A stretch of DNA of 64,000 nt. Origin: the human T2T-CHM13v2.0 reference genome, Homo sapiens. Of the stretch, positions 1 through 13,879 are shown piece by piece. The stretch lies in the NCBI RefSeq assembly GCF_009914755.1, contig NC_060933.1; one strand, given 5' to 3'. Within the stretch, counting starts at the first letter, position 1. Every line of letters starts with the position of its first letter. Made by a program: the position numbers and the translations under genes. The notes beneath the pieces were generated by a model, which was not told the origin of the DNA, ran no database searches, and saw only the letters and a list, made by a program, of their open reading frames with translations.

Positions 1-179
1 GGCAATGAAACAGCACATGCAGAGGCTCCGTGCCATGAACAAAAAAGGAAGAGATCCACTAGGTCTGGAACCTCCTGGGAAGTGGAGAGCAGTAAGACAG
101 AGGAAAGTGAAGAGGCTTGAGAGGGGGAGTGGGGCCTGCACAGGTAGGTCCTTGAAGTCCTGTAAATAATAACAGCAGG

Positions 180-381
180 TACCACTTACGAAGGGCTTAT
201 CAAATGCCTGGTACTGTTGTAAGCTGTTTCCATGCATTACCTCATTAATTCTCACAACAACCTTATGAGGTAGGTACTGTTGTTACTGGCATCTTATAAG
301 TGGGAAAACCAAAGCACAAAACTGTGAAGTAACCTGCCCATAGTCACAGATCTAGCAAGTGGCATGGCTGAGATATGAGCC
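180..381 (-). mobile_element. MIR SINE, interrupted by the THE1 provirus (resumes at about 2650-2680)
   Basis: MIR-like core ctcattaattctcacaacaaccttatgaggtagg...gtaacctgcccatagtcacag. The sequence after 2650 (gagcccaagaggtctggct) continues it. Boundaries approximate. Confidence 0.7.
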
Positions 382-2649
382 TGTATTAGTCTGTTTTCAC
401 CCTGCTGATAAAGACATACCCGAGACTGGGAAGAAAAAGAGGTTTAATTGGACTTACAGTTCCACAGGCTGGGGAGGCCTCAGAATCATGGCAGGAGGCA
501 AGAACCAAGAGAAAATAAGGAGGAAGCAAAAGTGGAAGCCCCCAATAAACCCATCAGATCTCATGAGACTTATTTACTATCATGAGACTAGCATAGGAAA
601 GACCAGCCCCGTGATTAAATTACCTCCCTCTAGGTCCCTCCCAGAACATGTGGGAATTCTGGGAGATACAATTCAAGTTGAGATTTGAATGGGGACACAG
701 CCAAACCATATCATTCTGCCCTTGGCCCCTCCAAATCTCATATCCTCACATTTCAAAACCAATCATGCCTTCCCAATAGTTCCCCAAAGTCTTAATTCAT
801 TTCAACATTAACCCAGAAGTCCACAATCCAAAGTCTCATCTGAGACAAGGCAAGTCCCTTCTGCCTATGAGCCTTTAAAATCAAAAGTAAGCTAGTTACT
901 TCCTAGATACAATGGGGGTACATGTATTGGGTAAACACAGCCATTCCAAATGGGAGAAATTGGCCAAAACAAAGGTGTTACAGGGCCCATGCAAGTCCAA
1001 AATCCAGTGGAGCAGTCAAATTTTAAAGCTCCAAAATGATCTCCTTTGACTCCACATCTCACATGCAGGTCAAGCTGATGCAAGAGGTGGGTTCCCATGG
1101 TCTTGGGCAGCTCCGCCCCTGTGGCTTTGCAGGGTACAGCCTCCCTCCCAGCTGCTTTCATGGGCTGGCGTTGAGTGTCTGCGGCTTTTCTAGGCTCCTG
1201 GTGCAAGCTGTTGGTGGATCTACCATTCTGGGGTCTGGAGGATGTTGGCCCTCTTCTCACAGCTCCAGTAGGCAGTGCCCCAGTAGGGACTGTGTATGGG
1301 GGCTCCCACCCCACATTTCCCTTCCGCACTACCCTAGCAGAAGTTCTCCATGAGGGCCCCACCCCTGCAGCAAACTTTTGCCTGGGCATCCAGGCATTTC
1401 CATACATCTTCTGAAATCTAGGCAAAGGTTCCCAAACCTCAATTCTTGACTTCTGTGCACCTGCAGTCTCAACACCACGTGGAAGCTGGCAAGGTTTGGG
1501 GTTTCCACCCTCTGAAGCCACAGCCCAAGCTGTACGTTGGCCCCTTTCAGCCATGGCTGGAGCAGCTGGGACACAGGGCACCAAGTCCCTAGGCTGCACA
1601 CAGCAGGGGCACCCTGTGCCTGGCCTATGAAACCACTTTTTCCTCCTGAGCCTCTGTGCCTGTGATGGAAGGTGCTGCCATGAAGGTCTCTGACATGGCC
1701 TGGAGACATTTTCCCTATTGTCTTGGGGATTAACATTAGGCTCCTTGCTACTTATGCAGATTTCTGAAGCTGGCTTGAATTTCTCCCAGAAAATGGGTTT
1801 TCCTTTTCTATTGCATCATCAGGCAGCAAATTTTCTGAACTTTTATACTCTGTTTCCCTTTTAAAACGGAATGCCTTTGACAGCACCCAAGTCACATTTT
1901 GAATGCTTTGCTGCTTAAAAATTTCTTCTGCCAGATAACCTAGATCATCCCTCTCAAGTTCAGAGTTCCACAAATCTCTAGGGCAGGGGCAAAATGCTGC
2001 CAGTCTCTTTGCTAAAACATAACAAGAGTCACCTTTGTTCCAGTTCTCGATAAGTTCCTCATCTCCGTCTGAGACCACCTCAGCCTGGACCTTATTGTTT
2101 ATATTGCTATCAGCATTTCAGTCAAAGCCATTCAACAAGTCTCTAGGAGGTTCCGAACTTTCCCACATTTTCCTGCCTTCTTCTGAGCCCTCCAAACTGT
2201 TTCAACCTCTGCCTGTTACCCAGTTCTAAAGTCGCTTCCACATTTTGGGGTATCTTTTCAGCAACACCCCACTCTACTGGTACCAATTTACTGTATTAGT
2301 CTGTTTTCATGCTGCTGATAAAGACATACCTGAGACTCGGAAGAAAAAGAGGTTTAATTGGACTTACAGTTCCACATGGCTAGTGAGGCCTCAGAATCAC
2401 AGTGGGAGGCGAAAGGCACTTCTTACCTGGTGGCGGCAAGAGCAAATGAGGAAGAAGCAAAAGTGGAAACCCCTGATAAACCCATCAGATCTTGTGAGAC
2501 TTATTCACTATCATGAGAATAGCACAGGAAAGACTAGCCCCTATGATTCAGTTGCCTCTCCTTGGGTCCCTCCCAGAACATGTGGGAATTCTGGGAGATA
2601 CATTCAAGTTGAGATCTAAACGAGGACCCAGCCAAACCAAACCATATCA
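382..2649 (-). mobile_element. Full-length THE1 (probably THE1A) ERVL-MaLR provirus: LTR-internal-LTR
   Basis: Two homologous LTRs at 382-713 and 2292-2649, both reading tgtattagtctg...ccaaaccatatca on + (TG...CA termini). About 1.6 kb internal region. Exact 5-bp TSD GAGCC at 377-381 and 2650-2654. Confidence 0.93.
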
Positions 2650-2870
2650 GAGCCCAAGAGGTCTGGCTTTAGAATTCACACCATGGGCCCTAAAAAATGA
2701 TCCTAAAAGTTATGGGGTGACATTATAGAGTTGTATACAGGAAAGTGACAAGGTCAAACTTTCATCTTTGAGAAAGATTACTCTGTGGTGTGTGGAATAG
2801 ATTGGAAGAGGAGCAAGACTGAAGGCAGGGAGACCGGGTGCTACAATGATCCACGTAAGGAAGAGATCAT

Positions 2871-3168
<298 letters not shown>

Positions 3169-5948
3169 TCATGCTGGCCTGAATGTGTGTGATGGTGGTG
3201 GGGATAGAAAGAAGTGGAAACTTGAGAGATTGTTAAGGAGGTCACATTTACAGGAGTTGGAAAGTGGTTGGATATGGGGGGAGGGTACAAAGACTCTCAG
3301 GTAGATGCCTGGGTTCTGGGCTTGGGAAGTGGGGAGAGTAGGGTGTTTAATGGTGCTCATGATGTAGGTGCCACAGGTGTGTCCCAGCATGGGCTGGTCA
3401 GTGCCTGCACATGAGAGAATAGATTAGACCTCTGATCTGACCTCTCCACCAGTCAGAATTATGAACTTGGAGGTGGCAGGGGCCTTAGAATCCTTCTAGA
3501 TCTAGAGATGGAAATGGAGGTATTAGAAGAAGAGACTTGCTGAGAGCCACACAGGGCGCAGTGCCAGGGCAAAACGAGGTGTGCACCTGCTGCTGCTCGA
3601 ACTGGTGTGTGTTCACCTGTCCTGTTGCCACTCCCTGGAGAACCTTTGCTTCAACCTGTAAAGCTTTGATTCTCTTCTGAGAGATCATCTCTCTAATCCT
3701 TAAAAGAGGTATCATTGCTGCACAAACAGTAACAATGGGAATTAAAATAGAAACAAAAAGAATTGGCTGCCTAAACCCAGCATCCATCAGATCAAGCTTG
3801 TTTTGTGTTCTCGCCTGTCTGCGCTCCGCATCACTTTTACAGTTGTACCCAGAGCATAGATATGGCTTTATGGCCTGTGGTTTATACTCACATTAAATCC
3901 AGAAAAGGCTTTTTCTGGAATGTTACATGGTTTCTGGTTCTCATTTTTTTGGAAATTCAAGGAAGAAGACATGCAGTAAGCATGCTTCTGTGGCCAGTTC
4001 TGTTTTTCGTTCCTAGAGCTCGTGTCTCGGGGAGCATCTTGCTGCATAGTGTTTTCCTGTTTTCCTTAGGCAGAACTCCCAGCCCTGATCATCTCTATGT
4101 ACTTTTAAAGTGGGGTGACTCAAACTGGACACTTCTCTACTGAGGTTAGGGACAGAGGGCAGAATGCTTAATTAGGGCTGAATTTCTGAGTTCCTGGGTC
4201 CTGTGGTTTTCGGCGATCTCTGAATCGAGTTGGCATTCATTCACAGCTGTTGGTGCCACTCCTACTGGCTGCCACCTCCTAACAGCTGACCCGGCTCCCT
4301 GAATTGTTTGCTGTAAACTGGGCAGCCCTACAGGAGGGAGAAGAGGTTTCCGGATAGAATGCTTAATTAGGGCTTAATTAAGACAGCCAGAGTGGCCCGT
4401 TGGCCTGAACCCTTGCATAGGGTTCTGATTGGCAGGCGGCATCTGGCATTCCTGGCCGCCTGACAGCAATCAGCCGTTCCTAAGCCCCATGCAGAGATGA
4501 GCAAGACACACACTGCCCTGCTGTTGGCAGGAGCTCTTCCTAGACTCCCTATAGCATTTTAGACAGCCCGTTCTTATGGGCCCCACTCTCTGCCTTATAT
4601 TGGTTAGGAGTTTTCTATGTGGCTTGTCTTCTCTATAACACGATGAACACCCAAAGGGCAAGGGCTGTGTCTGCTTAATCTTGATCTCCTCTACCACACT
4701 CAGCACAGATCCCAGAGGAAAGAGGATCTAATGGAACGAATTGCATTTACTTTTGGACCAAATCCCTTAATTTGAGATGGCTGCAGACCTGTAAAGTAGA
4801 GTCTAGAGTCCAGGGACTGGAATTGAAAAATGCAGAGTCTAGGGGCCCGCAAACCCATGGCCAGCAACAAGTCTATGAAAAGGGTGAGGACTTTCAGGGA
4901 AGGAACCTCAAAGTCAGGACAGAGCCTTGATGTCATAGTCATGGGCAAGAGTTCTGCGAGGCATGTCCTGGGCCCAGCCCTGCAAGCCATTCTTGGTTGC
5001 TTGTGCTGTGGTGGTGGTTGTTACTGTTTATTAGTATGATAGGTTTGTAATCCTGCCTTCCTTACCCAGACACAGAAATGTGGAGTCAAATCTCAGCCCA
5101 CCAGGGTGGCAAGCAGCTTCATATGGGCTAGAACTCTGGGAGTCTAACCTTCTGAAATGAAGAATAACATCATAGCTGCTGTCATTGAGGACTTTCTTTG
5201 TGCCATGCATTCTGGTAGAACTTCACATATATTATCTAATTTACTGTGGGGCAGGTGAAGTCAGCCCCATTTCACAGATGACAGTACAGGCTCAGGGAGG
5301 CTAAGGGAACTTGTCCAAGGATGCAAGGTTAGCACAAGGTTAGTGAGAGTCGGGGTTGGAACTAGGACATGATAAGGCCTGTGCTGTTGACATGAAAGGT
5401 CACTGGGGAAGAACTGTGAGTCCAGTAGTGCACTGTGAAAGCTTGGAAGGAGGAATACCATGACGTGACCACCAAACAAGATCATCTGCCCATGAGAGTG
5501 CTTTGAAAACTACAGACCATGGTTCAAAAACCTTGCAACCTTTGCTCACATTGCTAGCAGATCACTTCCTTTCTTTTGCTTTGAATTCTGATTAGGTGTG
5601 TATGTGTCTGACTTCCCTGGTGAAATGCAGGCTCCTTGAGGGTGAGAATTGTGCCTGCTTATCTCAGTGTCCCCCACAGCCCCTGTACTTGGCAAATTGT
5701 TGATGATCATTGAGTGTTTCTTGAATCTATGGATATTAGCATTGATTCAGAGAGGAAGAAATGGAAACAGGACCCATGGTGACATTTGTCCAGATGTGTC
5801 GTGGCTAAGCCCTTGGCTGGAGATTTGACTCAGAGAATTGGAAAGAAAGGGCAGAACCCTAGAGCTCTCTGGAGATATGTGTGGGAGATCTCAGAGTGAA
5901 TAAAATTCTGCCTACCCATGACCTCCAGCTTCAAGGCATCGATGCTGA

Positions 5949-6359
<411 letters not shown>

Positions 6360-7074
6360 TAGAATGTAAGCTCCACAAGAGTAGTGATTTTTGTCTTTTT
6401 TGCTCCTAATGACTCCCAAGACCTAGAACAGTGCCAGGCACATAGAGGATACTGAATAAATATCTATAGAATAAATGAAGGAAGTGAAGGTATCGCAAGA
6501 CCTGGAGTCACTGCAGAGTCAGCTGCACCTCTGCCATCAAAACACTTTCCAGGAACCTAATGTTCTGTGTGAGCCTCCCAAGTCAGGGCAGGGCCCAGAA
6601 TAGCCCCAGATAGACTGCACTTGGCCTGGGCCCTTAGCTTTTCCAAGTAGGCTACTCAGGCCCTGTGGTCCTCATCAGCCTTTTAGGGCCCAGCACAGGT
6701 GCTTCTGGCATGGAGAAGCCTCTAATCTCGGTGCTCCCCTGACCTAGAGGTGATCCCCCTTCTTCTGAGCCCCTCCCCTCCATGCAGCCCTCTCTCATGG
6801 TCTTGCCATCTACTGTGTGTTGGAGCTCCTGGTGGGCAGACACTGTGGTTGCATCTTCTTGCTCCCCACAGACATTGGCATAGGGCCAGATGTTTGTTGG
6901 GTGACAAACATCTTTTGAGAGAGCAGCAGTCTGCCCAAAACTGATAAGTCTGGTGGCCAGAAGCATTTGGGGAACTGTAGTTTGCTTAAAGAGAGTCAGA
7001 AACTTCTGATTTGAAAGGGCTTTGAGGTCATGTTTCTAACCCCATCACTTTTCTTTTTCTCCTTTTATGGCATT

Positions 7075-7410
7075 TGTTTTTGTAAAACACCTTTATTGAG
7101 ATATAATTCATATACCATGCAATTTACTCATTCAAAGCATACAATTCAGAAGTTTTGGTATATTCACAGATATGTACTAACATCAGCATAGTCAACTTGA
7201 GAACATTTTCATCTCCTCTAAAAGAAGTCTTTTACTCTTTCACTATCACTCCTCCATGCCCTGTTTCCCCAACCCTAAGCAACCGCTAATCTCTTTTCTG
7301 TCTCTACAGAGTTCCCTACTGGACTTTCATATGAATGGGATCATAGAATATGTGGTCTTTTGTGACTGGCTCCTTTCAGGAAGCACAGTATTTTCAAATT
7401 TTATCCATAT
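7075..7410 (-). mobile_element. Old L1M 3'-end fragment
   Basis: ctttattgagatataattcatataccatgcaatttactc...gtggtcttttgtgactggct, typical of L1MB/L1MC 3' ends. Confidence 0.75.
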
Positions 7411-8532
7411 GTAACTCTTACCTTTACAGGTAGGAAAACAGACACGGAGGGAAGGGATGTGACTTGGGTCACATGTCCAGTTGGGAGCAGAGCAGGAACC
7501 TGATTGCTGGTCTCCTGTCTCCCTGCACAGTGCTCTTTCCCTGCACCAGGGTGGAGACAAGGGGTTCAGCAGCCGCAGCTGACTCAGCAGTGTCATTTGC
7601 CATCCATCACTGAGGCTGCTTGAGGGTAAGCAGTAAGACAGACATGGTGATGTGAGGCCTTACAGATCACATCAACACCACCAGTGTTGGCATTGGTGTT
7701 CGTTTCAGCCCTTTCCCACACCCTTTCTAGGGATACTGTTTATCTGGTAAAGTGGATGACTTGTGTGACCAACTTCCAGTCTTCTACTAGGAGTGGCCTG
7801 GGTCCCCATCCCCTCAGATCCCTAGCAAGAGAAAGGCACAGCCTGGATCCCTATTAGATCTGCCTGTTCCTGTTGCCACCCTGTAGCTCTCGAAGGGCCA
7901 TGCAGAGACCATCTGTACTGAGCTAGATAAGAGGCTAAGCCCTTTCTAAGAGATGTCTAATCCTGTTAGGCAGATGGGAAATGTGAGGGGCATGACGATG
8001 CCCTGAACTAGTGTTCCCGAAGGCTTGTCTTTGTACCACACGACACTCAAGACTATCTTAGTGGATATGTGAATGAGTGCTTTTCGTTTAAATTGCTATA
8101 TATTTATTTTAATGTGCACCAAGAAAAAAACATATCCAGCATGATCAAACCTGTGGTTGAATGAATACTGTTGTCTAGGATGAAGCTAAAACGAGAGGCA
8201 CTGTATTATAGAATCTGTTTTACGCAGACCATGTTTTGCAGGTGTGGTGGTCTGGCAGTTTGTTGACATGGCAAAAGTCAGGAGGGCAGTTTGAGGTCAA
8301 CCATCATTTGGGGAATGCCACCCTGGGGTGATGGGGGTCCAGGGTGCTTTCCCACCTCCTGCATCTCCTTTTCATCTGGTGTGCAAGGCAAGGTGAGATG
8401 GCAGAGGATGCAGGCAGCCAGAACTTCTTGACGTGAATGAAAGGCTCAGAGAACCTAGAGAACCAGCTGTGAGCATTGTTTTTTCTCTGGTCCATGATAA
8501 ACCGCCTTTCAGGTATTCAATGCCCTTTTCTA

Positions 8533-8985
<453 letters not shown>

Positions 8986-10589
8986 AACAATTGGCTTTAT
9001 CTCAGCTTCTTATGGCCACAGGTGAAATGACGTGTGAGGTTAAAATATCAGGGCCTGTGTTACTGTGAAAGACTTGACTGAGATCCCTGAGTAGGGAAGA
9101 GAGGTTTGAAACTCCTTCCTGGGGTCCTGGTTGTAACTGCACTTTGAGGAATAATCATGTGGTCTAATAGATAAGTCCCCCTTCCTTCCTTTCTAAGAAT
9201 GTCATTTTCCTGATAAAGTGTCATAGCAATCTGAATTCTTTTTAAGAAATTCATGCAGATGTGTGAGCCCATTATCACTCACTAAGCTATGATCACGGTA
9301 ATGAACCAAGGCAACATCAAATGATTGACATTGGAAATGTAATGTGAACTTCCCTAAAATATCTGCCAATAACTTTTCCTTTGGGCTTAGAAGGTTCCAT
9401 AGTTATAGCTGCTTATTGTTCTGGGGTTCTCATCTTAGCATAGCATTTCAGACATCTGTAACTTGCCATTATTAATTCAACAAATCTCGATTGAGCTGAA
9501 GGCATTCTGCTAGGCTCTGCAAGGATTGTAAAGAAACAGGGTACTTTTCTCCCCTACCCTCAAGGAGTTTACAATCTGAGGGACAGAAAACAAGACCTGA
9601 ATCCATACGAAGTTAGAAAACACAAGACAAGAGCATAAAGGAGATGATCACAGGCTGTATGGAAGAGCAAGACTACACAGCAGCTCTGTGATTGGGGAAC
9701 CTGGTGAAACATGGTAGGCGGGTGGCCAGGAACTCGTCCTAAATGTGGTGGGTTTGAGCTAAGTGTTGACAGTTACATAGGATTTGAATAAGTCCTAGAA
9801 AGTGGGAGAGATCAGAACAAAGACACAAGAAGGGCTACCTAGGGGCTTTTTTTGAGAGGCAGAGAAGCTTTGGAACAGAGAATTACTTGACAGGAGAAGA
9901 ATGGGCCTTGGGTTCCCCTTGGCCAGTTTGAGGAAGTTTTTTAACCTCTCCAAGCCTCAATGTCTTGTCTTCCAAATGGAGTTATGGATTCCCACTATGT
10001 GGGGTTGTCATGAGGAGTGAATGAAATCTACAGGTGAAAATGTTAGTTTCCCTCCTTCCCCAAATTGATCAAGAGAGCAGTGTTTTGGGGGCAATAGTGG
10101 GAGATAGAGTTGGACATCCAGGAAGATGTTGGATTTTAGGGATGGGGATCCCTGGAAGACTTAAGTGACAAGATAATACAATTTTACAATTGGCAGATAC
10201 TTAGAAAAATGCAATGTTAAGATAAAGGGTTAACCAGAGGCTTGACAACTTGTGCAATTCTAGGATTAATTAAAGGCAAAGCCAGGAAGGAAACCAGGTC
10301 TCCTAATATCTAGTTCAGTGCTCTTTTCAGCATTCCCTAGGTTTTATCTGGAGGGAGGTTAGAAATGCAAATTCTTGGGCCCTACCCTAGACCTCCTGAA
10401 CCAGAAACTCTGTGGCTCAGACATCCATGCTTTAACCAGTCTTCCAGGTGCTTCTAATGCTTATAGGGTTTTACTAAGAAAAAATGGTGGAAAGGTGAGA
10501 AAAACAGATTCCTTACAGAGTTGGGGTTATTACTTACTGTCAAGGAAAGGAGGACAGAAGGGTGAAGCTGGGCACCAGAAATAAACATT

Positions 10590-10975
10590 TTTTCTTTTCT
10601 TTTTAAAATTAAGATACAATTCACATACCATCAAATTGACCCTTTAAATTATACGATTAGTGGTTTTTAGAATATTCACAAAATTGTGCAGCTATCACCA
10701 CTGTCTAATTCTAGGACACTTTTATCACCTTAAAAAGACATCTCTTACCCATTAGCAGTCAGTTCCCATTTCCCTCCCCCACTGCCTTCGCAACCACTAA
10801 TCAATTTTCTATCTCTATACATTTACCCGTTCTGGTCATTTCATATAAATGGAATCTGACATTTATATGAAATCATGTAGCCTTTTGTATCTGGCTTCTT
10901 TCACTTAGCATAATGCTTTCAAGGTTCATCCATGCTGTACCATGCATCAGGACCTCATTCCTTTTTGTGGCAGAA
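10590..10975 (-). mobile_element. Old L1M (L1MB-like) 3'-end fragment
   Basis: aagatacaattcacataccat...ggcttctttcacttagcataatgctttcaaggttcatccatg. Confidence 0.75.
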
Positions 10976-11340
10976 ATAGACTTCTTCTACTTCAAACTTT
11001 TGCCACACACAAATTTGGTCACACAACTGAGCTCACACTACCTCAGAAAAAGAGATGTTTCTTGGGCATATTTCCGTAGAACTTTATAGTTTTCAAAGCA
11101 TTGTCACAGCATAATGGAATGTAAGCCTTACACCAACCCTGACTGATAGGCTGGGCAGGGATCATTATCATTGTTTTTACAGATGAGAAAACAGACTGTA
11201 GAGGGGAGTGTTCTGTGCAAATCCAGTACACTACTGTGCCTGTTCATTGAAGTGTGAGTAGGAATTTGATGGGTGTGCAGGCAGGGAGTATGGACTAGGC
11301 AAAGGAACAGTATCTGCAGAGACACGAGGGCATGAGAAAC

Positions 11341-11892
11341 CAAAGCCTTTGGGGGGAACAACAGGTAATACAGTTCTGCAGAGTGTTGTGCGAGGGAGAT
11401 GAAGTTGGCGGGTAGGCAGGGCCAGATCACAAAAGGCTTTGGGGGGAATGACAGGTAAAACAGTTCTGCAGAGTGTTGTGTGAGGGAGATGAAGTTGGCG
11501 GGTAGGCAGGGCCAGATCACAAAAGGCTTTGGGGGGAACGACAGGTAATACAATTCTGCAGAGTGTTGTGTGGGGGAGATGAAGTTAGCAAGTAGGCAGG
11601 GCCAGATCACAAAAGGCTTTGGGGGGAACAACAGGTAATACAGTTCTGCAGAGTGTTGTGTGAGGGAGATGAAGTTGGTGGGTAGGCAGGGCCAGATCGC
11701 AAAAGGCTTTGCGGGGAACAACAGGTAATACAGTTCTGCAGAGTGTTGTGTGGGGGAGATAAAGTTGGCGGGTAGGCAGGGCCAGATCGCAAAAGGCTTT
11801 GGGGGGAACAACAGGTAATACAGTTCTGCAGAGTGTTGTGTGGGGGAGATGAAGTTGGCGGGTAGGCAGGGCCAGATCACAAAAGGCTTTGG
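11341..11892. repeat. Minisatellite: 6 near-identical 90-bp units plus a partial unit
   Basis: Unit aaaaggctttggggggaacaacaggtaatacagttctgcagagtgttgtgtgngggagatgaagttggcgggtaggcagggccagatcac starts at 11341, 11431, 11521, 11611, 11701, 11791, with a partial unit at 11881. Confidence 0.97.
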
Positions 11893-11914
11893 CTGCCATC
11901 CCAAGGCTGGGGGG

Positions 11915-12175
11915 AGGCAGTGGGATGGAATGGCTGAGTCCAGCTTCAGAGACAAGCAAGCTAATCTGATTTTTAATTCCAGTTCTGCCACTTCTTTGCT
12001 GTGTGTGCTTAGCCAGGTGACTTAACTTCTTCATGCCTCAGTTTCCTTTTTTTGTAAATGAGAATTATTATAAGCATTAAATAAGATAACCTGTATACAT
12101 TGCTTAGCTAGTGCATGGCACATAGTAAGTGGTAATGTTGTTAGCATAGTTGTGTTACTGATATTACTATAATTC
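11915..12175 (+). mobile_element. MIR SINE
   Basis: ttccagttctgccactt...gtgacttaacttcttcatgcctcagtttcc...gtaaatgagaa MIR core. Confidence 0.7.
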
Positions 12176-12486
12176 TTGAGCTCAGACTTTATCCTAAAGA
12201 TGAAGGGGAACCACTGGGGGATTTTTGAAAATAAAAGGGATGTGATTAGAATTACGTTTTATATCACTCTGGCAGTCACATGGAGGACAGATTGATGAAG
12301 AGTAAGGAGACTGGCTGGGGGTTATTGTAGCACGTCAGATAGAATGAAAGTTTGAACTCAGGCAGTAGCACTGAGAAAGGAGAGGAGATGAGAGATTAAG
12401 ACAATTGGGACCAAGGTCAACAGAATTTGGTGACTGAATCAATGTGGGGCACAAAACAGGGAAAGAGTCAGTCATGATTCCCCAAT

Positions 12487-12782
12487 TTTTTTTTATTTTT
12501 GAGACAGGGTCTTACTCTGTCACCCAGGCTACAGTGCAGTGGCATGGTCATGGCTCACTGCAGCCTCAACCTCCTGGGCTCAGGTGATCCTCCTACCTTA
12601 GCTTCCCGATTAGCTGGGATTACAGGTGTGCACCACCACGTTCAGCTAACTTTTTTTATTTTCAGTACACACAGGATTTCACTATGTTGCCCAGGCTGGT
12701 CTCAACTCCTGGGCTTAAGCAATCCTCCCTGCTCAGCCTCCCAAAGTGCTTGGATTACAGGCATGAGCCACCGCACCCAGCC
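12487..12782 (-). mobile_element. Alu (AluJ-type)
   Basis: gagacagggtcttactctgtcacccaggct...ctcctgggctcaggtgatcctcc, AluJ-style diagnostics. Confidence 0.9.
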
Positions 12783-13090
12783 AAGATGTCTTTCAAGAAC
12801 AGTGTCTCAAGTAGCACTTGTAAAACTTTTACATCTCCCAGAGAGAAAGATAATGAACTTGAGTCAATACCTGAATAATGTGCTGCAAAATACATGAACA
12901 TAATCTTTCTTTTTCAAATGATCATTCTCTTTTCCTTTTTTAAAACAAGTTTTAAGGATGATTCTTTAATCTTTGCAGTTTAAAAATTTGAGTTGATATG
13001 TGAAGAGTCTTCCTTGTGGCATACCTGAGAGTTGTATTTTGTGTTCTTTATTTTTGAAACATATTTTTCAGCTTAATAAATTTGCCTTTC

Positions 13091-13478
<388 letters not shown>

Positions 13479-13879
13479 TCAACTGATTCTGTGCCTGACA
13501 GTTTTTCTTGAAGTGCTCTCTAGTTTTATCTACAATTTCAATTTAGCGCAAGTGATTTTGGGCACTTTAGTTTCTTTTTTATCCTTTGCTGCCTCCACTG
13601 ATGTTTTCATTTCTCAATAGCTTGTGCTAGTTTCCTGAAGTCTTTTATTATCACCTTTTGTATCCCTTTTGAAGGGTTTATAACCTTAATTGTCTGTTTG
13701 CATTTAAAATAGCTATCACCTTGACATATTTAGTCTTCTCCATTTACAAAATATTTTGAGAGAGTTTGGCTTTTTATATTCACATTGTTCCAGGCAACCA
13801 GAATTGTGTTCAATTTGAGGGTCCATGCCTTTTAAGATATTTTTCCAAGTTGATGTGTGCTCTAAAAAGATCTTGTATT

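Noticed and set aside
892-1599. 235-aa ORF as a functional gene
   Set aside because: It lies wholly within the THE1 internal region and is a broken remnant of the MaLR internal ORF.
11128-11991. 287-aa repetitive ORF as a novel protein, or the array as CRISPR-like
   Set aside because: The ORF is a by-product of a 90-bp (3n) tandem unit. There are no unique spacers, no cas genes, and the context is a primate intron.
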